From NCBI GenBank assembly GCA_964641215.1, contig CAZXKD010000003.1, forward strand, positions 1 to 46,591: a DNA stretch of 46,591 nt. Reading direction: 5' to 3'. Shown piece by piece: positions 9,140-16,790 of the stretch. This DNA comes from an uncultured Gemmatimonadaceae bacterium (GTDB lineage: Bacteria; Gemmatimonadota; Gemmatimonadetes; Gemmatimonadales; GWC2-71-9). A program made the translations under genes and the position numbers. The notes under the pieces were generated by a model. That model was not told where the DNA came from, made no database searches, and saw only the letters and a list, made by a program, of their open reading frames with translations. Within the stretch, counting starts at the first letter, position 1; the number at the start of each line of letters is the position of its first letter.

Positions 9140-9148
9140 GGGGGGGGG
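9140..9148 (+). repeat. homopolymeric G9 tract
   Basis: Nine G in a row lie within gggaggagggggc-ggggggggg. The tract sits between an ATG-initiated signal-peptide-like mini-ORF (9080, other frame) and the 9172 ORF. Confidence 0.95.
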
Positions 9149-9171
9149 CACCGGCGGATACCCTGGCGCCG

Positions 9172-10074
9172 TTGCGCTCGCGCATTGCCAAGGATTCCGG
9201 AGACGGAGAGGCCTGGTTCCAGCTGGGTGAGGGATACCTGCGACTCTCGGCACTGTATCACATGCATCGGAGTCCCGGCGGACGGGGGGAAGGGGGGGGA
9301 GGGGGGGAGGGGCTGGGCGACACCGCTTGGGCGCGCGCGATCCTCGACACCGCCGACGAGGCGTTCGCGCGAGCGGGGACACTGCGGGCCGGCACAGCCG
9401 CGGGCGACTCGGCTCGCGTCCTGCGCGTCTTCGCGTGGGGCGAACGGGCCTTCCTCGCCTGGGAGCTGGAGGGAGCGGGCGCGGCAGCGGCGCGGACCTG
9501 GAGCCTGTTGCCTCCGGACGCCAAGCTGCCGCCGGTTCTCCAGGAGCTGGGCGAGAACCTGCTTCGCGCCTGCCCGCGTCACAGCGTGCTCCTCACGGGG
9601 GAGCCGGCGGGCACGCATGCCGCCTGGTTCATGCGGTTCTCGCGCGGGCTGCGTCCCGACGTCGTCGTGCTTCCCCTGACCGTGTGGGCGACGGATAGTG
9701 TGTTCCGGCGTGCCGTGCTTCGCGAGCTGAGGCTGGCGCGGGCCGGCCGGACGCCGGATGCGTCCTTCGGCCCGGTGCTGGCGCGGCGGCCGCTGTGCGC
9801 CGGCATGGGATTCGAGCGGCCCCCCGAGGTCCGGCCGCGGGTCCGGTGGAGGACGCGGCCGCTCGTCTGGGCGGCCGGCCCCGGCATCGGTGACAGCCCG
9901 GTCCCGCCGCAGGATTTCGTGTTCGCCGCGCTGAAGCTCGCGCTCGATGCCAACGACACATGGGCCCGTCCAGCGATCGCCACCTACCGGCGAGCGGCGG
10001 CGCTCACCCCCGCGCTGTGCCGGACCATGGCCGGCTTCGCGGTGCCGTCGGAGAAGGTCGGGTGCCGTCGCTGA
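9172..10074 (+). CDS. hypothetical protein (Gly-rich loop; possible TPR-like N-terminus)
   Basis: High GC3 across the whole ORF supports coding. TTG at 9172 is the only in-frame start before ATG at codon 31, so the real N-terminus may lie in another frame upstream of the G9 tract (see finding). 'GEAWFQLGEGYLRLS' looks TPR-like. I recognise no family with confidence. Confidence 0.55.
   Translation: MRSRIAKDSGDGEAWFQLGEGYLRLSALYHMHRSPGGRGEGGGGGEGLGDTAWARAILDTADEAFARAGTLRAGTAAGDSARVLRVFAWGERAFLAWELEGAGAAAARTWSLLPPDAKLPPVLQELGENLLRACPRHSVLLTGEPAGTHAAWFMRFSRGLRPDVVVLPLTVWATDSVFRRAVLRELRLARAGRTPDASFGPVLARRPLCAGMGFERPPEVRPRVRWRTRPLVWAAGPGIGDSPVPPQDFVFAALKLALDANDTWARPAIATYRRAAALTPALCRTMAGFAVPSEKVGCRR
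9284..9312 (+). repeat. G6-AA-G8-A-G7-A-G4 tract (G-quadruplex-type motif)
   Basis: The tract reads ggggggaaggggggggagggggggagggg and encodes GGRGEGGGGGEG in the 9172 ORF. Confidence 0.9.
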
Positions 10075-11600
10075 TCCGGCGCGTGCTCGTCGCCAACCGC
10101 GGCGAGATCGCCCTCCGCATCATCCGGGCGTGCCATGAAGAAGGGCTCGAGGCGGTCGCGGTCTATTCCGAGGCCGACCGTCTCGCTCCGCATGTGCGCG
10201 CCGCGGAGATCGCCGTTCTGCTTGGAGCCCCGCCGGCCGGCGAATCCTATCTCGACATCGCCAAGCTGATCGCGGCCGCTCAGGCGACGGGGTGCCAGGC
10301 GATTCATCCCGGATACGGGTTCCTGTCCGAGCGCGCCGCGTTCGCTCAGGCTGTGGTGGATGCGGATCTGATATTCGTCGGACCGCCGCCGTCGGCCATC
10401 AAGGCGATGGGGGACAAGACCGCGGCCCGGCGCCGCATGCAGGCGGCGGGCGTGCCGATCGTCCCGGGGATCTCGACGACGCTGCGTGACGCATCCGAGG
10501 CGCGGCGTGAGGCCTCCCGTCTCGGCTACCCAGTGCTGCTGAAAGCGACCGCGGGCGGCGGCGGGAAAGGGATGCGGTTGGTGGAAGCCGAGGGTGCGAT
10601 GGAGGCGGGGTTTTGGGCGGCGCAGAGCGAGGCACACAAGGCGTTCGGCGACGGCCGCCTGTACGTGGAGAAGTACGCGCGGCGGCCGCGGCACGTCGAA
10701 ATCCAGATCCTCGCCGACACTCATGGACGGGTCGTGGCACTGGGGGAGCGGGAGTGCAGCATTCAGCGCCGCCATCAGAAACTGGTCGAGGAAGCGCCCT
10801 CTCCTGCGGTCTCGCCGGCGCTGCGGCGCCGCATGGGCGAAGCAGCCACCGCCGCGGCGGGCGCCGTGGGGTACGTCGGAGCCGGAACGATCGAGTTCCT
10901 GCTCATGCCCACCGGAGAGTTCCACTTCCTCGAGATGAACACCCGCATCCAGGTCGAGCATCCCGTGACGGAATTGGTGTATGGAGTGGACTTGGTCCGC
11001 GAGCAGCTGCGGATCGCGGCCGGGGAGCCGATGCGCATCCGGTGGGGAGGAGGCGGGGGTGGCGGGGCCATGGAACCACGCGGTCACGCCATCGAATGCC
11101 GCATCACCGCCGAGGATCCCTGGAACGATTTTCTGCCGGCCGCCGGCGTGGTGCAGTACCTCCGCGTGCCGGGCGGTCCGGGGGTGCGATGGGATGGTGG
11201 GGTGGAGGCCGGCAACGAGGTCACGCTGTTCTACGACCCTCTGCTCGCCAAGCTCATCGTGTGGGGCGAGACGCGCGATGCGGCCATACGCCGCATGCGC
11301 CAGGCCCTGCGCGAGCTGGTCATCGTCGGCCTGCCGACTTCGCAGGCCTTTCACCTGCGCGTGATGGAGGACCCGGACTTCCAGCGCGGCGAGCTCGATA
11401 TCACCTACCTCGAGCGCGTGGGTCCGCGACTGCTCGGCGTCCCGCCGGCCCCAGCGTTGCTTCGCGCGGTGGCTGTGACGGCCGCACTGCTTGCTGACGA
11501 ACGGCGTTCGGCAGGGCGTGTGCGCCCGGTCGCCGACGGTCGCGCGGGCGATCTGTCGCCGTGGGGGCAACTGGCGCGGCGCGACGGGCTCCGCGAATGA
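10062..11600 (+). CDS. accC: biotin carboxylase subunit of acyl-CoA carboxylase
   Basis: Motifs seen are VLVANRGEIALRIIRA, GYGFLSE, KATAGGGGKGMR, RHVEIQILAD, ERECSIQRRHQK, EMNTRIQVEHPVTE and GHAIECRITAEDP. The GTG 10062 start is chosen on alignment with the usual N-terminus (GTG 10083 is also possible). A poly-Gly loop WGGGGGGGA sits where E. coli has KQEEVHV. Confidence 0.9.
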   Translation: MPSLIRRVLVANRGEIALRIIRACHEEGLEAVAVYSEADRLAPHVRAAEIAVLLGAPPAGESYLDIAKLIAAAQATGCQAIHPGYGFLSERAAFAQAVVDADLIFVGPPPSAIKAMGDKTAARRRMQAAGVPIVPGISTTLRDASEARREASRLGYPVLLKATAGGGGKGMRLVEAEGAMEAGFWAAQSEAHKAFGDGRLYVEKYARRPRHVEIQILADTHGRVVALGERECSIQRRHQKLVEEAPSPAVSPALRRRMGEAATAAAGAVGYVGAGTIEFLLMPTGEFHFLEMNTRIQVEHPVTELVYGVDLVREQLRIAAGEPMRIRWGGGGGGGAMEPRGHAIECRITAEDPWNDFLPAAGVVQYLRVPGGPGVRWDGGVEAGNEVTLFYDPLLAKLIVWGETRDAAIRRMRQALRELVIVGLPTSQAFHLRVMEDPDFQRGELDITYLERVGPRLLGVPPAPALLRAVAVTAALLADERRSAGRVRPVADGRAGDLSPWGQLARRDGLRE

Positions 11601-12865
11601 GCGACACGGTGACCATCACGGGAATCGCCGCGGGCGGCGACGGCGTCGGCAGGCTGGCGGACGGGCGCGCGGTGTTCGTGCCCCGCACGGCGCCTGGGGA
11701 GCGCGTTCGCCTGCGCACGGGGGAGGGGCAGGAGGGCGGGGCAGGGGAGCTCAGATTCCACAAGAACTTCGCTCGCGGCGAGGTCGCCGAGATCCTCGAG
11801 ACGGGAGCGGCGCGCGTCACACCGCCGTGTCCCCATTACGGGCAGGACCGGTGCGGCGGCTGCCAACTGCAGCACCTGGCGTACGACGCTCAGCTCGCCG
11901 CCAAGCGGACGATCGTGGGGGACGCTCTCCGGCGCATCGGTAAGCTCGACGTTCCTGACCCGGAGATCGTCGAGGCCGTGGAGGAATGGCGGTATGGGAC
12001 GCGGGTCTCCATGGCGGCCAGGAGCGCCGCACGGTCGGACGGACGGACCGTCGGACTGCACCCGTACGATAGCCCCGCACGCGTCTTCCCACTCCTCGAC
12101 TGCCATATCGCGGACTTCCGGCTGATGGGGCTCTGGAGGGAGCTTCGCGCGCATCCCGAGCTGCTGCCGCCGCGCCTGACGGGGCTGACGTTGCGGTTGG
12201 ATCGCGAGGGACGCCGGCACGTGATCGTCGAGTCGGGGGGAGAGCCATGGCAGACGGCCGAGCGACTGCGGGCGCTGCTGCCGGACGCCGCCCAGGTGGT
12301 GTGCTGGTGGCAGCCGGCCAAGGGCGCGGCCCGCGTCGTGGCCGGTCCCAGCTCCGGTTTTCGGGGGATCGCCTTCGAGCCGGTGAACCCTGAGATGAGC
12401 GCGCTGGCGCGCCGCTGGGCGGTGGAACAGCTGGGCGACCTGCGCCGCCAAGTGACCTGGGACCTGTACGGCGGCATCGGGGATACGGCGGCGCTGCTGG
12501 CTGAACAAGGCGCGGAGGTCCTAAGCGTGGACGCCGACGAGCAGGCGAGCGCCTGGGCCGCTCGCCGGGGCCTGCCGGACTCGGTCCGCTTCATCGCCGG
12601 CCGGGCGGAGGATGTGCTCCCCAGCCTGCCGCCGCCCCACGCGGTCGTGATGAGCCCGCCGCGGGCAGGCCTGCACTGGGACGTCATTCTGCGGTTCACC
12701 GGCGAGCCGGTTGCGCATCTGGTCTACAGTTCTCGCGATCCGGCGACGCTGGCGCGCGATCTCCTCCGGCTCAGCGTCAACTACCGGGTCGCCGCCGTCA
12801 AGGCGTTCGACCTGTTCCCCCAGACGGCGCGTGTGGAGACCGTGGTCGCACTGGAGGCCGCATGA
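11597..12865 (+). CDS. RumA/TrmA-family (uracil-5) RNA methyltransferase homologue lacking the nucleophile Cys
   Basis: ATG overlaps the accC stop (ATGA). It has an N-terminal TRAM-like region, Fe-S cysteines CPHYGQDRCGGCQ plus LLDCH, SAM motif DLYGGIGDTA, VVMSPPRAGL, and C-terminal FDLFPQTARVE. The expected Y[VI]SCNP motif reads YSSRDP instead. Confidence 0.8.
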   Translation: MSDTVTITGIAAGGDGVGRLADGRAVFVPRTAPGERVRLRTGEGQEGGAGELRFHKNFARGEVAEILETGAARVTPPCPHYGQDRCGGCQLQHLAYDAQLAAKRTIVGDALRRIGKLDVPDPEIVEAVEEWRYGTRVSMAARSAARSDGRTVGLHPYDSPARVFPLLDCHIADFRLMGLWRELRAHPELLPPRLTGLTLRLDREGRRHVIVESGGEPWQTAERLRALLPDAAQVVCWWQPAKGAARVVAGPSSGFRGIAFEPVNPEMSALARRWAVEQLGDLRRQVTWDLYGGIGDTAALLAEQGAEVLSVDADEQASAWAARRGLPDSVRFIAGRAEDVLPSLPPPHAVVMSPPRAGLHWDVILRFTGEPVAHLVYSSRDPATLARDLLRLSVNYRVAAVKAFDLFPQTARVETVVALEAA

Positions 12866-12878
12866 CCAGGGAGGAAGG

Positions 12879-13409
12879 GTGAAGTACTACGTGCGAGTAG
12901 GGAATCGCGACCAACCGTTCGAAGTCGAGGTAGCGGGAGGACGAGTGATCGTCGACGGGGTGGGGTTCGAGGCACACCTTGCGGCTGTCCCGGGCACGCC
13001 GCTACAGCACCTGCTCCTCGCCGGCGACTCTTGGACCGTGGCCGCGCAGCTGCTGGAGGGATCGGTGCCGCTGCGGCTGGCGCTGGGGGCAGTGGGGGAG
13101 CGGTTCGACGTGGAGGTCGTCGACGAGCGGACCCGACAGATCCAGGCTCTTACCGGAGCGCCGCCAGGCCCGGCGGGCGGCGGCACGGTCCGCGCGCCGA
13201 TGCCGGGGCTCGTCGTGCGCATCGAAGTCGAGGCGGGGCAACGAGTGGAGGCGGGGGCCGGCCTGGTGGTGGTGGAGGCGATGAAGATGGAAAACGAGCT
13301 GCGCGCGCAGCGGGCCGGTGTGGTCGCGGCGGTGCACGTGACAGTGGGTCAGGCGGTAGAAAAGGGAGCGCCGCTCGTAACCGTCGAAGGCTCGGAACCT
13401 TCGGGTTGA
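12879..13409 (+). CDS. biotin carboxyl carrier protein (biotinyl domain)
   Basis: GTG at 12879 is preceded by gggaggaagg (SD). The C-terminal biotinyl domain carries VEAMKMENEL (biotinyl-Lys motif). Confidence 0.85.
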   Translation: MKYYVRVGNRDQPFEVEVAGGRVIVDGVGFEAHLAAVPGTPLQHLLLAGDSWTVAAQLLEGSVPLRLALGAVGERFDVEVVDERTRQIQALTGAPPGPAGGGTVRAPMPGLVVRIEVEAGQRVEAGAGLVVVEAMKMENELRAQRAGVVAAVHVTVGQAVEKGAPLVTVEGSEPSG

Positions 13410-13434
13410 CAGGCCCTTACGCCCCTGGTAAGAT
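13406..13434 (+). promoter_or_regulatory. sigma70-type promoter for rplM-rpsI
   Basis: TTGACA (13406-13411), a 17-nt spacer, then TAAGAT (13429-13434). It lies 34 nt upstream of the rplM ATG. Confidence 0.5.
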
Positions 13435-13467
13435 TTCCGTCTGCCAATTTTTCGGACCGCGAGGGCG

Positions 13468-13911
13468 ATGAAGACGTATACGCTGAAACCGCAAGATGTG
13501 GAGCGCCGCTGGTTCGTGGTCGACGCGGCTGGGCAGCCGCTCGGCCGCTTGGCCAGTCGCGTGGCGCAGATCCTGCGGGGCAAGCACAAGCCGACCTTCA
13601 CGCCGCACGTCAACGGTGGCGATTGCGTCATCGTCGTGAACGCGGAGCGCATCGCCCTGTCGGGCAGGAAGCTCGAGCAAAAACGCTACTTCCGGCACAC
13701 GGGCTACATGGGGCACGAGCGGTTCACCCCCCTCAAGTCACTGCTCACGAAGCATCCCGAGCGCGTGATCGAGAGAGCGGTGTGGGGGATGCTCCCCAAG
13801 ACCACGCTCTCCCGACAGAAGGTCAAACAGATGCTGAAGGTGTACGCCGGGCCCACCCATCCGCACGCGGCGCAGCAGCCGCAGCCGCTGACGCTCGCGG
13901 CGGCCGAATGA
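13468..13911 (+). CDS. rplM: 50S ribosomal protein L13
   Basis: The sequence MKTYTLKPQDVERRWFVVDA.GQ.LGRLAS.VA..LRGKHKP.FTPH is a canonical L13 N-terminus. Confidence 0.95.
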   Translation: MKTYTLKPQDVERRWFVVDAAGQPLGRLASRVAQILRGKHKPTFTPHVNGGDCVIVVNAERIALSGRKLEQKRYFRHTGYMGHERFTPLKSLLTKHPERVIERAVWGMLPKTTLSRQKVKQMLKVYAGPTHPHAAQQPQPLTLAAAE

Positions 13912-14309
13912 CCGCGACGCCGGAGCTGCGCTGGCACGCGATCGGACGGCGCAAGGTCAGCGTGGCGCGGGTTTACCTCACGCCGGGCTCGGGAAAGTGG
14001 AACATCAACGGGCGCACGCTGGGCGACTACTTCCCGCGGCCGTCGCTCGTGTCCCACATCCAGCAGCCGTTCACCGCGACCGACACGCTGGGCGCCTTCG
14101 ACGTGCGGGCGCGGGTGGCGGGCGGCGGCGTGACGGGGCAGGCGGGTGCCGTGCGCATGGGGATCGCGCGGGCGCTGTGCCTGGCCGACGACCGGCACCG
14201 CAAGAAGCTGCGCGAGCAGGGCCTGCTCACGCGCGATCCGCGCGCCGTGGAGCGCAAGAAGCCCGGGCGCGCGGGAGCGCGGAAGCGGTTCCAGTTCTCG
14301 AAGCGGTAA
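13908..14309 (+). CDS. rpsI: 30S ribosomal protein S9
   Basis: ATG overlaps the rplM stop (ATGA). GRRK.SVARV, GGG..GQAGA...GIARAL and the C-terminal RKKPG.AGARKRFQFSKR are present. Confidence 0.95.
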   Translation: MTATPELRWHAIGRRKVSVARVYLTPGSGKWNINGRTLGDYFPRPSLVSHIQQPFTATDTLGAFDVRARVAGGGVTGQAGAVRMGIARALCLADDRHRKKLREQGLLTRDPRAVERKKPGRAGARKRFQFSKR

Positions 14310-14320
14310 GACAAGCTCTC

Positions 14321-14382
14321 AGCCGTCAGCCATCAGCCGTCAGTGCTGAGGGCTGTATGCTGATGGCTGATGGCTGATGGCT
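14321..14382 (+). repeat. long hairpin built from inverted heptamer arrays (TCAGCCR)3 / (GCTGATG)3
   Basis: agccgtcagccatcagccgtcag (14321-14343) pairs with ctgatggctgatggctgatggct (14360-14382). The stem is 23 bp including 2 G:U pairs that only work in + strand RNA, with a 12-16 nt loop and no T-run. It is related to 29548..29612. Confidence 0.8.
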
Positions 14383-14477
14383 AAATCCACACGTCGCTTG
14401 ATCCCGTCGGGGTCTCCGCAGCGCGGAGTGAAGCGGGAGGCGAGAGCGGCGGCGGCATAACCCAGGAAAGGAAGTGC

Positions 14478-15359
14478 ATGGCGCAGCCGCAATTGCAGGA
14501 CCTGCTCGAAGCCGGTGTCCACTTCGGGCATCAGACCCGCCGGTGGAACCCGAAGATGCGCCGCTTCATCTTCGCGGAGCGCTCCGGCATCTACATCATC
14601 GACCTCCAGAAGACGCTGCGACAGCTCGAGCAGGCCCAGGAGCTGTTGCGCTCGGTCGTGCTCAGGGGCGAGGGCGTGCTCTTCGTGTGCACCAAGAAGC
14701 AGCTGAAGCTGATTCTCCAGGCGGAGGCCGAGCGGTGCGGCGCCTTTTACGTGACGGAGCGCTGGCTGGGGGGGACGCTCACCAACTTCCAGACGATCAA
14801 GCGGCAGATCAAGCGGCTCAAGGAGCTGGAGCAAGGCTCGGTCGAAGGCGACTTCGAGAACTACACCAAGAAGGAGCAGCTGCTGTTCGACCGCGAGCGC
14901 GTGAAGCTCGAAAAGAATTTGTCGGGCATCAAGAACATGTCCCGCCTGCCAGGCGCTCTGTTCGTCGTGGACGCGAAGAAGGAGCGCATCGCGGTGGCGG
15001 AGGCCAACAAGCTCGGCATCCCGGTGGTCGCCATCGTGGACACCAACGCGGATCCCGACCTGATCACCGTGCCGGTGCCGGGCAACGACGACGCGATCCG
15101 GGCCGTGTCGCTGATCACGGCGGCTCTCTCGGACGTCATCGCGGAGGCCCGGCGCCAGCAGCCGTTGCGCGAGCCGGGTGAGGAAGGCGAGGGCGTGACC
15201 TACTCGACCGAGACCGGGGTCGAGGCGGAGGTGGAGGGTGAGCGCAGGAAGAAGCCGGCGCGGCGCAAGCGGCGGCCCAAGCCGGAGGCGATCGCCGCGC
15301 GGCTGAAGAGCGAGGACACGCCGGCGGCGGGCGAGGCCCCCGCGGGGACCGAGGGCTGA
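14478..15359 (+). CDS. rpsB: 30S ribosomal protein S2
   Basis: LLEAGVHFGHQTRRWNPKM, ERWLGGTLTNF and NKLGIPVVAIVDTN are present. It has an acidic/basic C-terminal extension of ~60 aa. Confidence 0.95.
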   Translation: MAQPQLQDLLEAGVHFGHQTRRWNPKMRRFIFAERSGIYIIDLQKTLRQLEQAQELLRSVVLRGEGVLFVCTKKQLKLILQAEAERCGAFYVTERWLGGTLTNFQTIKRQIKRLKELEQGSVEGDFENYTKKEQLLFDRERVKLEKNLSGIKNMSRLPGALFVVDAKKERIAVAEANKLGIPVVAIVDTNADPDLITVPVPGNDDAIRAVSLITAALSDVIAEARRQQPLREPGEEGEGVTYSTETGVEAEVEGERRKKPARRKRRPKPEAIAARLKSEDTPAAGEAPAGTEG

Positions 15360-15392
15360 CCCGGTCTCCTCGGCCGCGCGTGACAACCTGAC

Positions 15393-15431
15393 CGCCGCCC
15401 TCCCGGCCCCACGGCGCGAGGGCGGCGTTTT
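15393..15431 (+). terminator. hairpin + T-run between rpsB and tsf (attenuator/terminator)
   Basis: cgccgccctc (15393-15402) pairs with gagggcggcg (15418-15427) and is followed by tttt. An rpsB-tsf attenuator is known in other bacteria. Confidence 0.5.
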
Positions 15432-15449
15432 CATGAGGAGTGACACCTG

Positions 15450-16073
15450 GTGGCGACTGTGAAAGAGATCCCCGCGAAGCTGGTGGCGGAGCTCCGCGCC
15501 CGGACGGGCGCGGGGATGATGGACTGCAAGAAGGCGCTGGAGGAAGCCGGCGGCGACCTGGCCAAAGCCGAGGAGATTCTGCGCGTCAAGTACGCCACGA
15601 AGGCCGCGCGGCGCGCGGAGCGCTCCGCCAAGGAAGGCATGATCGAGGCCTACATTCACTTCAACGGGAAAGTGGGCGTGCTCGTCGAGCTCAACTGCGA
15701 GACCGACTTCGTCGCCCGCACGGATGAGTTCCGACAACTCGCCAAAGACGTCGCGCTGCAGATCGCCTCCGCCAAGCCCCTGGCCGTACGGATCGAAGAG
15801 CTGCCGGCCGAGGTCGTGGAACGAGAGCGGCGCATCTACGAAGCCCAGGTCGCCGAGCAGAAGAAACCTGAGCCCATTCGAGCCAAGATCGTCGACGGCA
15901 TGCTGAAGAAGTACTTCGAGGAGCCCTGCCTGAGTCGGGCGCCCTTTATCAAGGAGCACAAGATAACAATCGGGAACCCGGGCCGGTCCTGTGCGGGCCA
16001 GAACGGGGAGAAGGGGGAGATCCGCCGCTTCGCCCGCTTCGGGCTAGGGGGGGAGGGGGGGGGGGGGGCCTGA
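15450..16073 (+). CDS. tsf: elongation factor Ts (short form)
   Basis: GTG start. LRARTGAGMMDCKKALEEAGGDL.KA (UBA-like N-terminus), ELNCETDFVAR and the IRRFARF tail are present. The C-terminus GLGGEGGGGA is encoded by the G7-A-G14 tract. Confidence 0.9.
   Translation: MATVKEIPAKLVAELRARTGAGMMDCKKALEEAGGDLAKAEEILRVKYATKAARRAERSAKEGMIEAYIHFNGKVGVLVELNCETDFVARTDEFRQLAKDVALQIASAKPLAVRIEELPAEVVERERRIYEAQVAEQKKPEPIRAKIVDGMLKKYFEEPCLSRAPFIKEHKITIGNPGRSCAGQNGEKGEIRRFARFGLGGEGGGGA
16047..16068 (+). repeat. G7-A-G14 homopolymer tract at the tsf stop / pyrH start
   Basis: The tract reads ggggggg a gggggggggggggg. It ends 2 nt before the tsf TGA (16071-73), which directly abuts the pyrH GTG (16074). 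Confidence 0.95.
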
Positions 16074-16790
16074 GTGGCGGCATCGCTCGCCTACCCGCGC
16101 GCCCTGCTCAAGATCTCCGGCGAGGCGTTCGCCGGGGGTCGGGACTCGGGGATCGACTTCGGGGTGCTCGACCGCCTCACCGAAGAGCTCAAGGGCGTGG
16201 CCGCCCTGGGGGTGCAGCTGGGCCTGGTCGTCGGGGGCGGCAACATCCTGCGCGGCGCCACGGCCAGCGAACAGGGGATGGACCGCGTCTCCGCCGACTA
16301 CATGGGGATGCTGGCCACGGTGATCAACGCCTTGGCGCTTCAGGACATCCTCGAGAAGAAAGGGCTCGACACGCGGGTCATGACGGCGATCCGCATGGAG
16401 GAGTTGGCCGAGCCCTACATCCGGCGTCGCGCGGTGCGCCACCTGGAGAAGGGCCGGATCGTCATTTTCGCGGGCGGCACGGGAAACCCGTACTTTTCCA
16501 CGGATACGGCCGCGGTGCTCCGGGCCCTGGAGATCGAAGCCAAGGTTCTGATGAAGGCGACCAACGTGGACGGCGTCTATACCGCCGATCCGAAGAAGAA
16601 CCCGAAGGCGCGGTTCATTCCCGAGCTGTCTTTCCAGGACGCGCTCGTGAAGGGATACGCCGTGATGGACGCGAACGCGTTCGGGCTGTGTAAGGAGAAC
16701 CGGCTGCCGATCGTGGTGTTTAACATCAACCAGCCCGGCGCGACGGCCAAAGTGCTGGCCGGCGAGCGCGTCGGCACCATCGTGCGATGA
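16074..16790 (+). CDS. pyrH: UMP kinase
   Basis: [50 protein letters not shown] and ATNVDGVY are present. Confidence 0.95.
   Translation: MAASLAYPRALLKISGEAFAGGRDSGIDFGVLDRLTEELKGVAALGVQLGLVVGGGNILRGATASEQGMDRVSADYMGMLATVINALALQDILEKKGLDTRVMTAIRMEELAEPYIRRRAVRHLEKGRIVIFAGGTGNPYFSTDTAAVLRALEIEAKVLMKATNVDGVYTADPKKNPKARFIPELSFQDALVKGYAVMDANAFGLCKENRLPIVVFNINQPGATAKVLAGERVGTIVR

Noticed and set aside
9172-10074. The hypothetical protein segment HSVLLTGEPAGTHAAWFMRFSRGLRPDVVVLPL faintly resembles the 'ILFTNGDNDTFPLWY..EG.R.DV.V.NL' segment of DUF2723-type membrane proteins.
   Set aside because: The resemblance rests on memory of a loose motif and a few residues. The protein lacks the multi-TM domain of that family. 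It is not strong enough to annotate.
14391-14477. I searched for a sigma70 promoter or known leader upstream of rpsB (TTGATC at ~14398).
   Set aside because: No acceptable -10 lies at the right spacing. Only a small 6-bp hairpin (ctccgc-agc-gcggag) is present, which is insufficient to call a feature.
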